From: Calcarisporiella thermophila CBS 279.70
Lineage: Eukaryota > Fungi > Calcarisporiellomycota
Assembly (NCBI RefSeq): GCF_041956535.1
Contig: NW_027192215.1
Span: 289,208 to 353,207, forward strand
DNA length: 64,000 nt
Direction: 5' to 3'
Below are positions 16,451 to 30,393 of the stretch, one piece after another. A program made the position numbers and the translations under genes. The notes below the pieces were generated by a model, which did no database searches, was not told where the DNA came from, and saw only the letters and a list, made by a program, of their open reading frames with translations. The first letter of the stretch is position 1. The number at the start of each line of letters is the position of its first letter.

Positions 16451-17572
16451 CTAAGGATCCCTTGACATTGTATCATACGGGAACTCGTCGGTGGCTTCGG
16501 AGGATCCTGAGGCACTCTTGAGTATTTTAAAGAGCTTGTAGCGCGAGAGGGCACGAACAACCGCAGGATTGAGAAGGAAGACGATCAGATTAAGAAGACC
16601 CTGCATTCCGGTCGTGATAGCTTCTGCTCTCTGTGTCCTCAGCCCCAGCTCGGTTAACGGCTGATTGGTCAGAAAGAGCCAGTTGAGGACAAGAGAGGCA
16701 GGCTGGCAGACGACGAGCACGGTGGGATATAGGAGAATCCGCAGAACCGAGAGAATCAATTGCTTCTCTCGATCCTCCATTTCGGCCGAGATGGATCGGA
16801 GATTTTCGCGGACCACGCGCAGTGAGGTCAACACACGACAGATCACCGCGAGAATGATGCCAAACGAATAAAGGATAGAGGAGATCATCCAGATGTCGAA
16901 GCAGAAGATCTCAATCAAATACGAGGTCGTTGCATCCACATAAGTGAATATCGCGTGCTATGCATCCCATATTTTGTCAAGAGGGCTCTGGCTTTGTGTA
17001 GAGCAAAACAAACTTCAAAGCTTTACCGAATTCTTGTCCCAGAATGAATCCCCTACAAACGGGATTGGCAAGGCTAGAGAAAAGCTGGCCAGCGTGGCCA
17101 CAGGGAAATACCAGCTCTGGATTTTCTTCATGTTTTTGCGACGGCACAGGAAGGAGAGGTGTAGGTCGAAAGCAATGGAGACGGTGAGGAATGCAAACCA
17201 AATCGGAAAGGCATAAACTGTATAAAGGAGGAGTCGTGCCAGCCAGGGACGCGATGGTGTAATGGCGTCCATGACGTGGTAACTGATCCGAAGCAGGAAG
17301 AGCGCCTGTTTGAGGGGTGAATAGGTTTAGGATGGATGCTTCATTTCCAAGAAGTGGATAAAATAATCAAGCAATGGAGAAAGTAGATCACATGAAGACT
17401 TTACCCGAGACAAGGCATCCACAAGCCCAATCCATAGGGAAAGTTTGAGCGATATTGTGTTTGCAACAGAGGGCTGGCTATATCGGAGAAAGAGAACCAT
17501 GGCCATCATGATAATAGCACAAACCAGAGATGTGATGTTTAACCAGTAGAACTCATTTTGCACATCTCCCAT
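16451..17572 (-). CDS. Compact 7-TM GPCR-like receptor, subfamily A copy 1 (~317 aa)
   Basis: Exons 17572-17405, 17305-17027, 16957-16451 splice in frame. Motifs ANTISLKLSLWIGLVD, IAFDLHLSFL, LRILLYP, GMQGLLNLIVFLLNP. Confidence 0.88.
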
Positions 17573-19380
17573 ATTTTGTTTTTCTCCCCTCGGCCGATGC
17601 TGGCTGCAGAGACGGATCAATGGCGGGAGAAAGATGGACAGCTTTGGCCATGGCCCGAGAAGCCTAATTTATGGGCAATAGGGTAATTTGTGATTTTTAG
17701 GAAATCATGTTTCAGATAAGGGGCTATGGTCACAAATGGCACTGACAGATCTGAAACCAAGAGAGTATCTCTAGCCAACACTAAATATCCATATGAATGT
17801 GGGAAGAAATGGGGAGGCGTGAAAGGAAAGCCGGCTAACTTTAAACACTCTCCAGATGCCGAGTATCCATTCGTTACGGCCAGCATCCGGGGCGGCGAGA
17901 AACTTGTGTGAGAAAAAGGCTTCTTGCTCTCACACCTTCAGCGAGGAGCCGCCCCTCGGAGCAATCGAGGTTGGAGATCGCCGTAAAAGGCCCAGAACAC
18001 CCCGCGCTCTTCGGTGGGAGCATCGCGGTAAAAATTATCATTGCTCCATTTAACAGCTTCCTTCGGGGATGGCGTGCCGATGGATCCATATACTAATACC
18101 ACAAAAGGCCCTTCAAATGATGTCAGATTTATTCGAGTGATTTAGCAATAGACCACTAGAGCTTTTCATCGAGTGAAATGCTTTGGAGAAAGTTTCCCCA
18201 CCTTTGGTTTTTCACTTAAACATTGTATTACTTGCGTTATTAAGAGGGAACGGACATCCTCTTACCGCACACTTAGAGTCTATTAAAAAAATAGCGCACA
18301 TTTCATGAGCATCAAAGAATATAATAGAATCATATTCGCCTTGGGATGGAATAGAGTAATCCCGGAATCAGAAAATTATAGCATCCTTGTGTTCCTCTCC
18401 AAATATCCGTCACCAGAACACTATATCAAAAATATGAGACGGCTCAAACTGGCCTTTGTTCTGCCGTATAAATCTCAATGACGGCGTGAAATGATAGGGC
18501 ATCCTTGCACCTGTGGTTAAAATTGAGCCTATTGATATCAACAGAAAGAATTGCTGTAGAAGAAATCATCCTAACGAAAATGAAACTTTTAGTCAAATGA
18601 TTCAAAAAGCTCGCATGATTATTCAGGCTCGAGGTTTGACTTTTTTTTCATATGATCAATGTGGAGATAATATAGAACGAAAAATGGGCGCCTGGGGAGT
18701 TGTTTTCAGTCAGTGTCGAAGCGCAACCCTTTTCGTTATCACCTTATTTCCTGACTCTATTACAGGGCAAAATGAAACGCGTTCAAATTTGGCCAATACA
18801 AAAGTTATTATTAATATTATAAACTCTGTCCAACATGGCGGCAATGCCAGCAGCTTGAAACTGAAGCTAACACAATGACACTTCATTAAAGAGGCAAAGA
18901 GTGATTTACCCCGCGCTAGAATACCCACAGACCAATTTTGGGGCAGAGTATGTGAAATTAATTTCGAATCTGCACTAGTGATGCGTTGGGAAGCAGTAAT
19001 TCTATACCTCACATCACATCTGCTTGGTATGAAGGCGAGTTGCCATCTCTAGTACTTGAACTAAGAGCGGTGAATATGATATACGATCTCAACATGGTAT
19101 TATCTCAATCGCCTTGTATCGAAGGTGATTAGCTCTGTTGTCAACTAATAATACAGAGGGAACATCTGCCTTCATATCCGATTTTATTGCTCAAAATTGG
19201 GGTATCCATGCTGTTATCTTACAATAAATTATCCATAACAGAACATTTATCACAACCTACATTGCATCCTATTTTACAGTGATCCATTAAAGAATAAAGT
19301 ACCATGAGTTTTAAATTTTGAGTGTGCTCCATCTTTAGCGACTTCTCCAATCCATCTCTTAAACTTCTCCCACGCTCAAA

Positions 19381-20496
19381 TTATGCTTGCTGACTTCCTG
19401 TGAGATTAGGAGAGGGTGGGCTGCCTCCCGAGGTATTGAAAATCCTGTAGGGCGAGAGAGATCGCCCAACGGCAGGGTTGAGGAGGAATACGAGCAAATT
19501 TAGGATACCTTGCAATCCGGTCGTGATAGCTTCGGCCTGCAATACCATCAATGTGTATGGCGTCGTCTTGAGCCTCAAAAGGAAGGCCCAACTGAGAAGA
19601 ATATCCGCTGGACAGCATACCATAAGCACCATGGGGTAGAGTAGAATCCATAACACCGAATGGGTATATTGACGTCCTCTATCTTGCATGTCCACCGGCA
19701 TGGACTCAATATTCTCTTGGATAAAATGCAGGGATATGAAAACATGAATGGCCACGGCAAGCATAATGGCAACCGAGTAAAGAATAGAGGACAGAACCCA
19801 CAAGTCAAAACAGAGAATCTCGAGCGAAAGAGCAATGATAGGATCAATAGATACGGTGATAGTTTGCTACATGGATGCAAGCCCAACATTATTATCTCAT
19901 TCAGATACTGCAGCGCGTGAGACATTTCTTACTGTTTCCACGTTCCACTGTATGTTGGTGATCACAACAAACGGCGAGCTCAATAATAAGCTCGCCAACA
20001 TGGTTAGCGGACAGTACAATCTCTGGATAAACTTTATGTTATTGCGTCGGCAGAGAAAGGATAGATGCAGGTCGAATGCGATGGCGGCATTAAGGAAGAC
20101 AAACCACATTGTGGAAAAATACTTCATGTAGACTAGCAAATGAGGAGCCCACGGCATTGACGAGACAATAGAGTTCAATACAGAGGGATTGACACGAATT
20201 AAAAAGACAATCTACGCGGACAGAAAACAGAAGCTCAGCTCCTCTCATGGCACAAAATACAACAAGGGAAACTTTACGCGGGATAATATGTCGACCAGTC
20301 CAATCCAAAGCGTGAGCTTGAGTGCGATAGTATTCGCGACGTCCGGCTGCTTACACCGAAGGTATAAGACCATCCCCATCATAACAAGGGCACATACAAT
20401 AGATGCAATATGGATCCAGTTGTATTGAGTTTGGGCTGCGTGGATTATATCATGTGGAGAATTTAATGTGCTGTTTTGATTTTGCACAGAGTCCAT
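19381..20496 (-). CDS. Compact 7-TM GPCR-like receptor, subfamily A copy 2 (~327 aa)
   Basis: Exons 20496-20278, 20211-19933, 19866-19381 in frame. Same motifs and intron positions as copy 1. Confidence 0.88.
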
Positions 20497-20810
20497 AGTA
20501 TATTTTATCTATTATATCAATTTGCTCTGTGAAGAAGGGATGGAGAGGAGGGAACAATGGAACCCCTCTTTAAAAGCTTCCAAATGTGGGTTTATATCTA
20601 CAGCTACGATGTAGAGAGCGTGTCTCAGTGCTATCAGAAAGTTTTAATGATAGTTAATAATCCTTGGCAATTGCTTAATAATGCTTAAGGGCCGTTAACG
20701 GAGGTGTCCCATTTTTAATGCACGTTTTGACTTTGACATTGTAACTATTGCACTAATATTCATAGTTTTCGGTGGGAAAATCCCCCCAATAGTAATTCAC
20801 TTTACTCCAA

Positions 20811-20879
20811 AGTTAGACAAGTGTAGTTTAGACAAGTTTAGTTTAGACTAGTTTAGACAAGTTTTACGAGCTTGGACAA
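20811..20879 (+). repeat. Short imperfect tandem repeat of GTTTAGACAA-like units
   Basis: agttagacaa gtgtagtttagacaa gtttagtttagacta gtttagacaa ... cttggacaa, about 5 degenerate units. Confidence 0.6.
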
Positions 20880-21823
20880 CGGCTCTCTCCATAAAGTTAC
20901 CAATACTAAGCACGGTTTCTAATGGGCGAAAAGTAATTTTAATATACAAAGCAGGGAAGCATTAATTTCGGGGTAATGAAAGACCCAAGTGCAAGCAAAA
21001 AAGGTAGAGGTAGATTTGCTATGATCTGGAAATGGCACAATGGGATAAAATTCCCAAGAGTGGCAGGTCTCAAGTTTGTGTTCTATTGATACTTCCATTA
21101 TCATTTGAGTTTTCCCAGGTACGAAATGGACGGCTAGTTTGAGCCGGTGAATACTTGAAACTTGGGGGAGGAGGAGGTAAGTCACGAGTAGAAGAATCGT
21201 GGGCATATTATTATTTTTATGGTGAATATGAGTATACTAAACATGAAAGGGGAATAAGATGACAGCTTTCTACGCTATGAGTTAACTACTGGGGCGATTT
21301 GGTTCATTACATCTCGGGCAGAGCCAATATATTCATCCTCCCCTGATTATAATACGAAGGGTTGACAAATATTAGATAGTACAGCCAAGATTATATTACG
21401 AACACATGGAGCAAGCTACAGGGCTGCAGTAATGGCATCCAATATCACCTAGCTCTGCTATGGCAGCAAGCTTTCGACGCTATAGAATTGAAAGTAGTGA
21501 AATCTGGCCAATTAGATCCGCATTTTTCTGACGCAATTTAATAGCAACCAGGGACTGTATTCCAGGTTGTAGCAACGCCGACCGTTTTATCTAAAACCAA
21601 TGCTGTACTACAAAAGCGCTTATAATCTGAAAATGATCTTTTCGTGAAGCCATTTTGTCGATCAATCATGGATGTATATGAAGGTATCATTCAATCGATT
21701 CCATAATATGATACTGGCACTTAATTCCCTATTTTACAATGCCTCTTTTTGCAGTATTATGTACCGGAAGTTTTCGGTTTATATCAACTCCAGCGTTCAA
21801 CTTGAATCCTCGTTCACCCGTGT

Positions 21824-22942
21824 TCATACAATTGGGTTGGCTTCCGGCGTGTCTTCGGAAGAAGGCTGGTTTTTCACGCAAGTGCTGAAAATCTTGTAGC
21901 GAGAGATCGCCCGCACAACCGCAGGATTAAGAAGGAATACAAGCAAATTTAGGGCAACTTGTAGACCGGATGTTATTGCTTCGGCATGCATTAAGACGAG
22001 GAGGGTATGCGTGATCTCTTGATGCAAAAAGAAAACCCAGCCAAGAAAATTGAGAACAGGGCAGCATACCACTAGCACCAAAGGGTAGAGTAGGATGCGG
22101 AGCAATGAATAGATAAACTGGCGCTCTCTTTTTTGCGTTTCCGCCGACATGCTTCCAAGGTTTTTTCGGATGGCGCTTAGAGATTTGAGAGCATGAAATA
22201 CTACGGTGAGAATAACGGCAAATGAATACAAAATGGTCGACATCATCCAGACATCAAAACAGAGAATTTCAACAGCAAGGGCTGGTGCGAGTTCAACCGA
22301 ATTAAAAATTGAATGCTATCAATGTTTAAACACATCATTAGTATTCCAGGTGGACGATGCAGTACCTGAGTCTCTCTTTACAATTTCTGCATCCCAGTAT
22401 ATATTCCCGACGAAAGCGAATGGTAAGTTTATTATCAAACCCGCAAGCGTTGCCACAGGACAGTACAGCCTTTGCATTGGCCCAATATTATTGCGACGGC
22501 AAAGAACAGTGAGATGCAGATCGAGTGCAATTGCGGCACTGAGAAATGCAAACCACATTGGGAAAAAATGGGACGTGTATGAAAAGAGGCGAGGGGCCCA
22601 AGACACCTGGGAGACGATGAAGTTCATTGCAGCTGGATTGACTCGGATCAAAAAGTTTACCTAAAAGAACAGAAGATAAGCGTCCAGTTTGCCGCAACGC
22701 ATGCGATGCCACAAATAGGTTTTTACTCGGGACAATACGTCGGCCAATCCAATCCAGAGTGAGAGCTTTAATGATATTGTGTTCGCGATGGTAGGTTGCT
22801 TACAGCGAAGAAATAGGGCTATCACCATCATCACCAGGGCACAAGCGATAGATGTGATCTGCAGCCAGTTGTAGTGATTTTGAACAGCTCGAATTACGTG
22901 TGTAGACTCCAGTGTGCTGTTCTGATTTTGCATGGAGTCCAT
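21824..22942 (-). CDS. Compact 7-TM GPCR-like receptor, subfamily A copy 3 (~328 aa)
   Basis: Exons 22942-22727, 22660-22382, 22315-21824 in frame with family motifs. Confidence 0.88.
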
Positions 22943-24230
22943 GTTGTAGCTGTTAAAAACCGCAGGAAGTCAGCTAGCATCTTGGAGGAGGCATGAGATT
23001 AGGGAGAGAAAAGCTGCCTCCACAGTCTCAGGAACCAGGTCCAAATTAACAAGTTTAGCGAAATTAACGAAAATTCCGAGTTTCAGTTCTAAACTCGAAA
23101 TTTTCGTTAATGATTCACCCTTGTGTAAAAGTTTCAAACGATTGTGCCTTTTTCAATGCCAAATTACAATTTCTGAGAGCTACCGGTGATATAGTAGAAA
23201 CGATATGTTGACGATATATTGGGACATTGAGATAGTGTACCGACCTTTACATTCGTAGTGTTTACATAGCAATTTCATTTCGTCCACTTATTTAAAATAA
23301 AAGAATAGAGTTTAATAGACTTTTTTGAGCTATCTAAAAATTCAAATGGCAGGCCAGGTTTCTAGTGGGCGAATGCTATTAGAATCCGCGGAAAGTATCA
23401 ATTAAATCAGATTAAAAAGAAACATAAAAAACAAGCAAAAAGAGAACACTCCTGCTTTGATTTGGATAATTTAGAATAAATGTTTTTTCCTAGTGGAGTA
23501 ATGGACAAAAAATTCGCTAATCTAGTATTCTTCGTCGGGCAGTTCGCATTATCAGTATCCATTGATTAGGCGGTTGAATGTGTTTTATAATAAATGAGGA
23601 ATACCTAGGTATTTTTACGTTAAACCAAAAGCAAGGCAACCGTACAATTCTACATAAGTCAGAGGTTAAGCAATTTAAGAAAGCAACATTTGACAGCCGC
23701 TATAAACTTGTTGCCGTGAGTCAGCTGTCAGTAGAAAAATCGAATTAATTACATGTTAAACAATATGGTCATGCGATCGCTTAAACGATCCCTGTAGAAT
23801 TTCTGATCGAAGGCTAAGAAACATCTGCTTCTCAACCACACTCTAAGATTAGATCAAAGTTTGTAGTGATAGTTTATAGTTAAAGAGTTGAGAAAATCTC
23901 CAAATATTTGACGATCCTGTTAACCTCCATCTACTGTCATTAGATAGGAATATGAATGTCACCTAGGAGCTTGCATTACAAGAATATGACATCATTCCTT
24001 CTTGGAGCGATTGATTAATCTAGAAACTATGCCAATAGCTATGATTATTAAGTAATTAAAATAGCTATTGTTACTGAGTAGTTGCTTATTTATCCTACAT
24101 ATTTATCCTCAGTATATTAGAAAGATCTGAACTACTGCAGTGACTTGGGATTTAATATTGGATCCGCACGTTTATTTTTATAATAACTCCACTTGTATGC
24201 TATCTCATCCTAGCTGGAGCTTTTGAGTGG

Positions 24231-24280
24231 CAATATAAAAATCTGTATAATGTTTGATCATTATACAGATTTTTATATTG
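24231..24280. repeat. Perfect 22-bp inverted repeat with 6-nt loop
   Basis: CAATATAAAAATCTGTATAATG-tttgat-CATTATACAGATTTTTATATTG; the arms are exact reverse complements. Confidence 0.9.
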
Positions 24281-24578
24281 TCTTCTCACGTCTGCATCCA
24301 TACGAATATATCATTAAGCCAATACATTAGCGTAGAATACATGTCTCTGTAACTATTAATTGAAGGATCATTCAAAAGCTCATGATAGCATTCTATTATA
24401 GGCAATTAGGTGATCAAACGCGGGTATATGCGTCAATATCTTACAATGAATCCTATTAAAAGATACAGTAAACACGGGTTCTCCTACGTCTCCTATTTTA
24501 CATTTGATATATTTACAAGATTTTACATTATCCAACATGAATATGCCTAATTTCCAGTTTTCCTCCACATCCATCTCC

Positions 24579-25705
24579 CTACCACTGCTCCGTATTCATG
24601 ATATTTTGGTTGCCTTCATGTTCATCAGCAGAAAATAATGAATTGCTGAAGATCTTGTAATGCGAGAGGGCCCGCACGACGGCAGGATTGAGAAGAAACA
24701 CGAGCAAATTTAAGATACCTTGCAATCCAGAAGTTATTGCATCAGCGCGCATTGCTGCCATGACAGAAGGTGAAATCTCCGGATTCATATAGTAAATCCA
24801 GTCGAGAATAATGCCCGCAGGACAACATATCAAGAGCACCATAGGATAGAGCAGTATTCGTAATACGGAATAGGTAAACTGCCGCTCTCTGGCTTGCATG
24901 TCCACCGACGTGGATTCGAAATTCTCTCGGATGATGTGGAGGGATTTGAAAACGCGAAACACTACGGCGAGAATTACAGCAAATGAGTATAATATGGCGG
25001 AAGCCATCCATAAGTCGTAGCAGAAGGTTTCAAGAATAATGGCCTGTGTACGCTCTAGAGATATATAAACTATTTGCTAAAAAGGTAAAAACACATCATT
25101 AGGATTCCAGATGGTAGCTCTATCAGCTGAATCCCTCATTACAAATTCTGGATTCCAATATATATTGCCAACGAATAGGAAGGGCAGAGGGATTATTGAG
25201 CTAACTAGCGCCGCTAAGGGAGAGTAGAACCTCTGAATTATCTTGATATTAACGCGACGACAGAGGAAGGAGAGGTGTAGATCGAGCGCAATTGCGGCAC
25301 TTAGAAATGCAAACCACATTAAAAAAAAGAAGGATGTGTATACTAATAGCCGCGGAAACCAAGGTATCGTGGACACAGTAATGTTCATCAAGGAAGGATT
25401 GACGCGGATCAAAAAGTTGGCCTAGCAATACAGAAGACAAAAGCTTAGTTCTGTAATATTGGAAGATGCCCAGTTGAACCTCTTACGCGGGATAATACAT
25501 CGACTAACCCAATCCAAAGCGAGAGTTTAAGTGATATTGTGTTGGAGATGGTAGGCCGCTTACACCGAAGATAGATAGTTATCGCCATCATTATAAGGGC
25601 ACATATGATGGATATGATATGTAGCCAGCTGTATTGACTCTGTACTGTGTATGAGTAATTATGCGTAGACTCCGAGGTACGGTTTTGATTCTGCTCGATG
25701 TTCAT
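24579..25705 (-). CDS. Compact 7-TM GPCR-like receptor, subfamily A copy 4 (~331 aa)
   Basis: Exons 25705-25487, 25421-25143, 25076-24579 in frame with family motifs. Confidence 0.88.
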
Positions 25706-27176
25706 ATTATGCTTGTCGTTTTAAGCACAGGATAAAGTTTACAAGCGGTGTGAAGGAAGAATTGACAGTAATTAAGTGGCTAAATTTTCCTTTCAAAAAA
25801 TTCTGAAACTATTTTCACAATATAACATGTCTCAGTTGGAATTTCCATTAATAATTTGATTTTGAATTATAGTTTATACGGTTATTTGGATCCCGATTGA
25901 TAAGAGGAGGATCATATCTAAGCACACAATTGAAAATATGAAACGATTATGTTTGTAATGGATAAGGATACTGAAGTTTCTGGACCGAAAATCACTGTGC
26001 ATATATGGAAGTATCATGTCGATGAGAGGCGTACTAAATAACAGGTTTATTTTTCAAATACCGGCAATAAAATCTTGGACAAAGAACATCCGAAATGCAT
26101 AAATGTCTGCAAGGTTATTTTACCTCACCGGCAAAGTATTAAGACAAAAAAGAGAGCAAATAACCTTTGGTCACATGGGGAACAAGGCGACCATGGATGG
26201 TTAATAGTCAATAGCCTATAAATATGGAGTTAGAAAGACATTGTGCATGCTATAACTACATAAAATTTTACACGTGGCAAAAATTTTATAGTGAAATTTA
26301 TACTATTTATGTGAAAAAAAAATAACCCTTTGATAATATTTGTACATCCTGCATTTAGTTTGGCTAGACACTCATTGTCCTGCACCAATCAAGCTGGTCA
26401 TAGTTGGCACTCTAGAGAGGTTTTCAGACAACAATTATCCTCTCCGACAATTGAAAAGGTGAGGGTCTTTTGCAATGATAATGAGGGGGAGCCTGCACAA
26501 CAACTGAATTAAGAAGGAATATGTGCAATTTTAAGATGTATTGCAATCTGAATATTATGGTACCGAATGCAAAAGCAGCAATAAAAAATGCAGATAATAT
26601 GGAAAAATAGGTTCTTGCGGATTACAAATCCGAGAGACGACGAAATTCAACACAGGGTGTTGGAAAAGTATTTGTGAGAACGAGGGAATAGTTAGAGAGA
26701 CTGCTGACCCTGACTTATTAATTTCGCTTGAGTCTAGCGATGTGAGGCTTAAGTAGGTATTATCACGAAATCCAACCTATCTTAAAATGTGCCTGTTGCA
26801 CCTATAAATCTAGATAGAATAGAAATATCTCCAACGTGACCCTCTTTATTCATATGTAAACCCCTATTAGCCCTTATAGTCCTCCAAGATATTATCGTAA
26901 ATGCGTAAATATCTTTTACATGCTTTTCCTAGTTTCAGATGTATACTGTTAGTTATGTCTACAGCATTTAATTATTGAACGTTTTTTTTTTTTGCCATAA
27001 TGGATATTTTGTTGAGTTTCATTTTTACATATATAAAAACACATTTTATTTAGGTAAATGTCTAGGTAATCGTACTTCAAAAGTATAAATTCATTAAGCT
27101 AAAAGAATCCATGAGACATCAAAAAACACTAGGAAAACAATACAACATACGATCAAGCTTCGGCTGTACACATTGT

Positions 27177-27192
27177 TTTGTCCTTGAGAAAA
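27177..27192 (+). promoter_or_regulatory. Conserved upstream element TTTGTCCTTGAGAAAA (copy 1 of 7)
   Basis: Lies 175 nt before ATG 27367; recurs at similar spacing before the other subfamily-B genes. Confidence 0.65.
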
Positions 27193-27366
27193 TAAAACTT
27201 TAATTCAGCTTCAAACTTTAAAATCGATATAAACGAGGATGAGAGGATGAGTTTTTGTTACGAGGCTAAAGCCTACACTACATTCATTACGTGAGTAAAT
27301 CAAGTTATCCAGATTGAAAAGAAAACATTGCACTGATAATATTATACTGATTGCAGATTTTCGAAA

Positions 27367-29824
27367 ATGAAATTCGCTATTTCAGATGGTGAATTAGCGA
27401 TTAATTTCGCGTCGGTTGTGTGCGGTACACCCATAATGATACTAGTCGTTTTACTTCGGTACACACAGCCTCAGGCCACGCGTAGCATTTCTTTCAAACT
27501 AAGCTTTTGGATTGGTCTTTCCGATGCTCTCTATCGTAGTTTCTATATTATTTACGTGGCAAGTGACTTCTTAGATGAGGTCATTCCAAACAATCTCTGG
27601 CTGGGCCGAATTATTTTTTGGTCTTTTCATTTCTTTCCTATATGGTTTTCGCTACTCACCGTGAGCATTGCTTTTGACTTGCAACTCTCGGCATTCCATA
27701 ACAAGCTCACCGTACAAAGGTATCAAAAGTGGTATCTCCCTGTATCCACCTTAGTTGCATTCGGCTTATGCTCTCCTGTGCTATTCTATGCGAGCATGGG
27801 ATATGATCCAAAACAAGTAAGCTCTTGATATTAGTTTGCACCTTATAATTACTTACCCGCTAATTCATTTATTTATTGCAGCATAGAGTCATTTATGAGT
27901 GGCCTTATGAAGCCAATCTTATCAGAGTAGTAGTTTTTATTACTGTTATCTCTCTCTGCCTCTTGTATTCCTTCACGATCATTTTCTTCTGCGCGATTAA
28001 GGTTTTCTCTACGGTATTCCGCGTAAGAAGAGAAAAGGACCATCATGGAGAGAAGAATCGCCAAAGAGAACGCCTTTTGATAATGTCTGTTCTTCGACTA
28101 CTAGGATATCCGACTGTATTTATTTTATACATGCCTGCTGAGTGTATAATGCATTATATAATTATCACTAAGACTCGCGACACACCTTTCTGAGACTTCA
28201 CAGGAAAAGCAAAGGCAATCTTGACTGGAATGATCGGTATATTCAACTTCATCATATTTTTATTTAATCCGCCTTTCTCAAATGCAGTCAGCAAATTTTT
28301 TAAGAAAACACAATGTCCACAATCCAAATCGCGAAGCATCTCATATGCATCCACTAAAATGGATGGAGGAGACAACGCGCCGCAATTTGAATCTTTTATA
28401 TGGAAAAATCCAATTAACAAGCCAGCTCTGGTAGAAGAGCAGCCTGCAACTCTTTTCAAAAAGGTTAGGTTTGTGCAGAGTTGTCCGAGAATGAAAGAGG
28501 AGTTGTTACCAAAAACCGGTGCTCAGTTGAAGGGAAATACTGCAACAAGTGCATTTGCTCTGCATCAAGTTGCATTTTCTCCATCAGATATACCAGAATC
28601 GCGTACAAGTGAAACTGGATACAGATATATAATGGGAAGGTGTTTTTGTGCAATTACAGGTTAATATTCTCATTCGCTATTGCTAAGAGCACTTAATCTC
28701 TAATATTATCTTCATAGGAATCCACTACATTCTACCAAATGATGAGGAGAGATAGAGAGGCTAATCAACCAACATTACTTCTTTCGGTACATTATTTTAT
28801 ACTTGCGAAAATCTTGAAGCATTTGTTTAAAATTCCAAACTATTAGATCATTCTTCTCCAATCGCAACTTCCAATCTCCGGTTAAAGAAAGCTTGCTGGA
28901 TGGTGCAATAGTGCTAGATGTAGGGTAAATATTGCTTATTACGACGTATATTAAACATTTTTTTCTCAACTACCTTTTGTTGTGGTTAGGTGTGGACCAG
29001 GTATATGGACCATGGAGATGGCCACAGAATACCCGAGAAGCCAGTTTCATGGCATCGACATATGCGATATGTTCCCGCAGCAAATCAGACCAGCCAACTG
29101 CCATTTTCAGATTGCGGATATCCTCAAGAGGCTACCATTTGAGGACGCGCAGTTTGACTTCATATACATTCGATGTATGAGTCTAGCAGTATTCCAGAGT
29201 GAATGGCCGGATGTGATCTCTGAGATATTCCGAATCATAAAGCCTGGAGGTTATTTGGAATTTGTCGAAGCGGGTAAGAAGAGACCGGAAGATGATTCTT
29301 TACACATAATGGCTTACATATATCACTGTAGATTATGCGATTCAATGTGACGGAAAAGCACTCCGAAAAATCACGGAAGGGAGTCAGTATATGAAATTTT
29401 GCCACAGCTTGTTTGAATATTACTAATAAGTTCTTCTCTCATGATTTTTATCGTAGTTTACAATACATTACGTGCACGAGACACTCACCCATCATGGGCG
29501 TGTAGAATCGGCGAATATTTGAGGTTCATTGGTACTGAAGATGTAAATTCCTTCTCCCATCCAATTACAGTCAGTAGTCAATCTGGTGAAGATGTGAGTT
29601 GCGGGAAAGATTATTGGATGCACTTTCTTCGTGCAATTAAGCCGCATCTTGCTCAGGTGATGTACATCAGCCCTGAGGAATATGACGAGCTGCAGCAATG
29701 CGTTTATCGAGAATTAAGTGCTGATAATATCCGCATTGATGTAGTGAGTACATATGGGTGGAAGCCATTTAAGATAATCCAGGTACGGGAGGATGACGAG
29801 CAGATAGATACGTTTTCAGGATAA
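27367..29824 (+). pseudogene. GPCR-methyltransferase fusion, pseudogenised copy
   Basis: Same 7-exon layout as 33912 and 40943. It has TGA at 28191-28193 where paralogues encode Gly (PFGD) and a 1-nt deletion near 28750 (GATGAGGAG-AGATA versus DEEEI) that shifts the frame. Downstream MTase exons remain recognisable (VLDVG/CGPGIW..HGIDI..FDFIYIR). Confidence 0.85.
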
Positions 29825-30216
29825 TCTAGGATTTGCCTGTTGGGCTTGAAATGGAAGAATTGTGTGATATGTACTTAAAAAAATTTTTTTATTTATCATC
29901 TCAAATGTATAATATTTACAGTTTATTCCATTTTACGATTTTAATATTTAATTTTAATATCAAGCGAAATCTAAACATTAGATCCCATTATATCATATAA
30001 ATTATCTTTTACAAGTTAATTAGCCACAAATTTAATGTAGTATCCACTTTTTTTTTAGCAACTGAGCTGAATTAAAGATGCTTGGTAAGTTACTCTTAGA
30101 CACTTTGTTTTTAAGGGGCAGAGTATTCTACTAGAAAACACTATAAAGTTAATACAGAGTTTGGGACTTATTTAGTATATTTTCTGTGAACGAAAATATT
30201 CCTTGTATTACAGGAT

Positions 30217-30232
30217 TTTGTCCTTGAGAAAA
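30217..30232 (+). promoter_or_regulatory. Conserved upstream element TTTGTCCTTGAGAAAA (copy 2)
   Basis: Exact match upstream of the decayed receptor at 30394. Confidence 0.6.
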
Positions 30233-30393
30233 GTAAACATGATAAAAATAAAATAACGAGGGTGATATTAGCGTGCCTTAGCAAGTAGAAGATTTCCATT
30301 CGCTTTTACTTAATAATAGCAAGCATCGTACTTTAAAAATTGAATTGATGAGAATGTAAACAGAGACATTCTTTTTATCTCAGGTGTTTGGAG

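Noticed and set aside
20811-20879. GTTTAGACAA repeats as a CRISPR array or telomere seed
   Set aside because: Units are about 10 nt, degenerate, without unique spacers; the context is eukaryotic and the unit is not TTAGGG-like.
28191-28193. In-frame TGA as programmed readthrough, selenocysteine or an alternative genetic code
   Set aside because: Paralogues have Gly here, TGA is a normal stop in ATG8 and other genes, and the same copy carries an independent frameshift.
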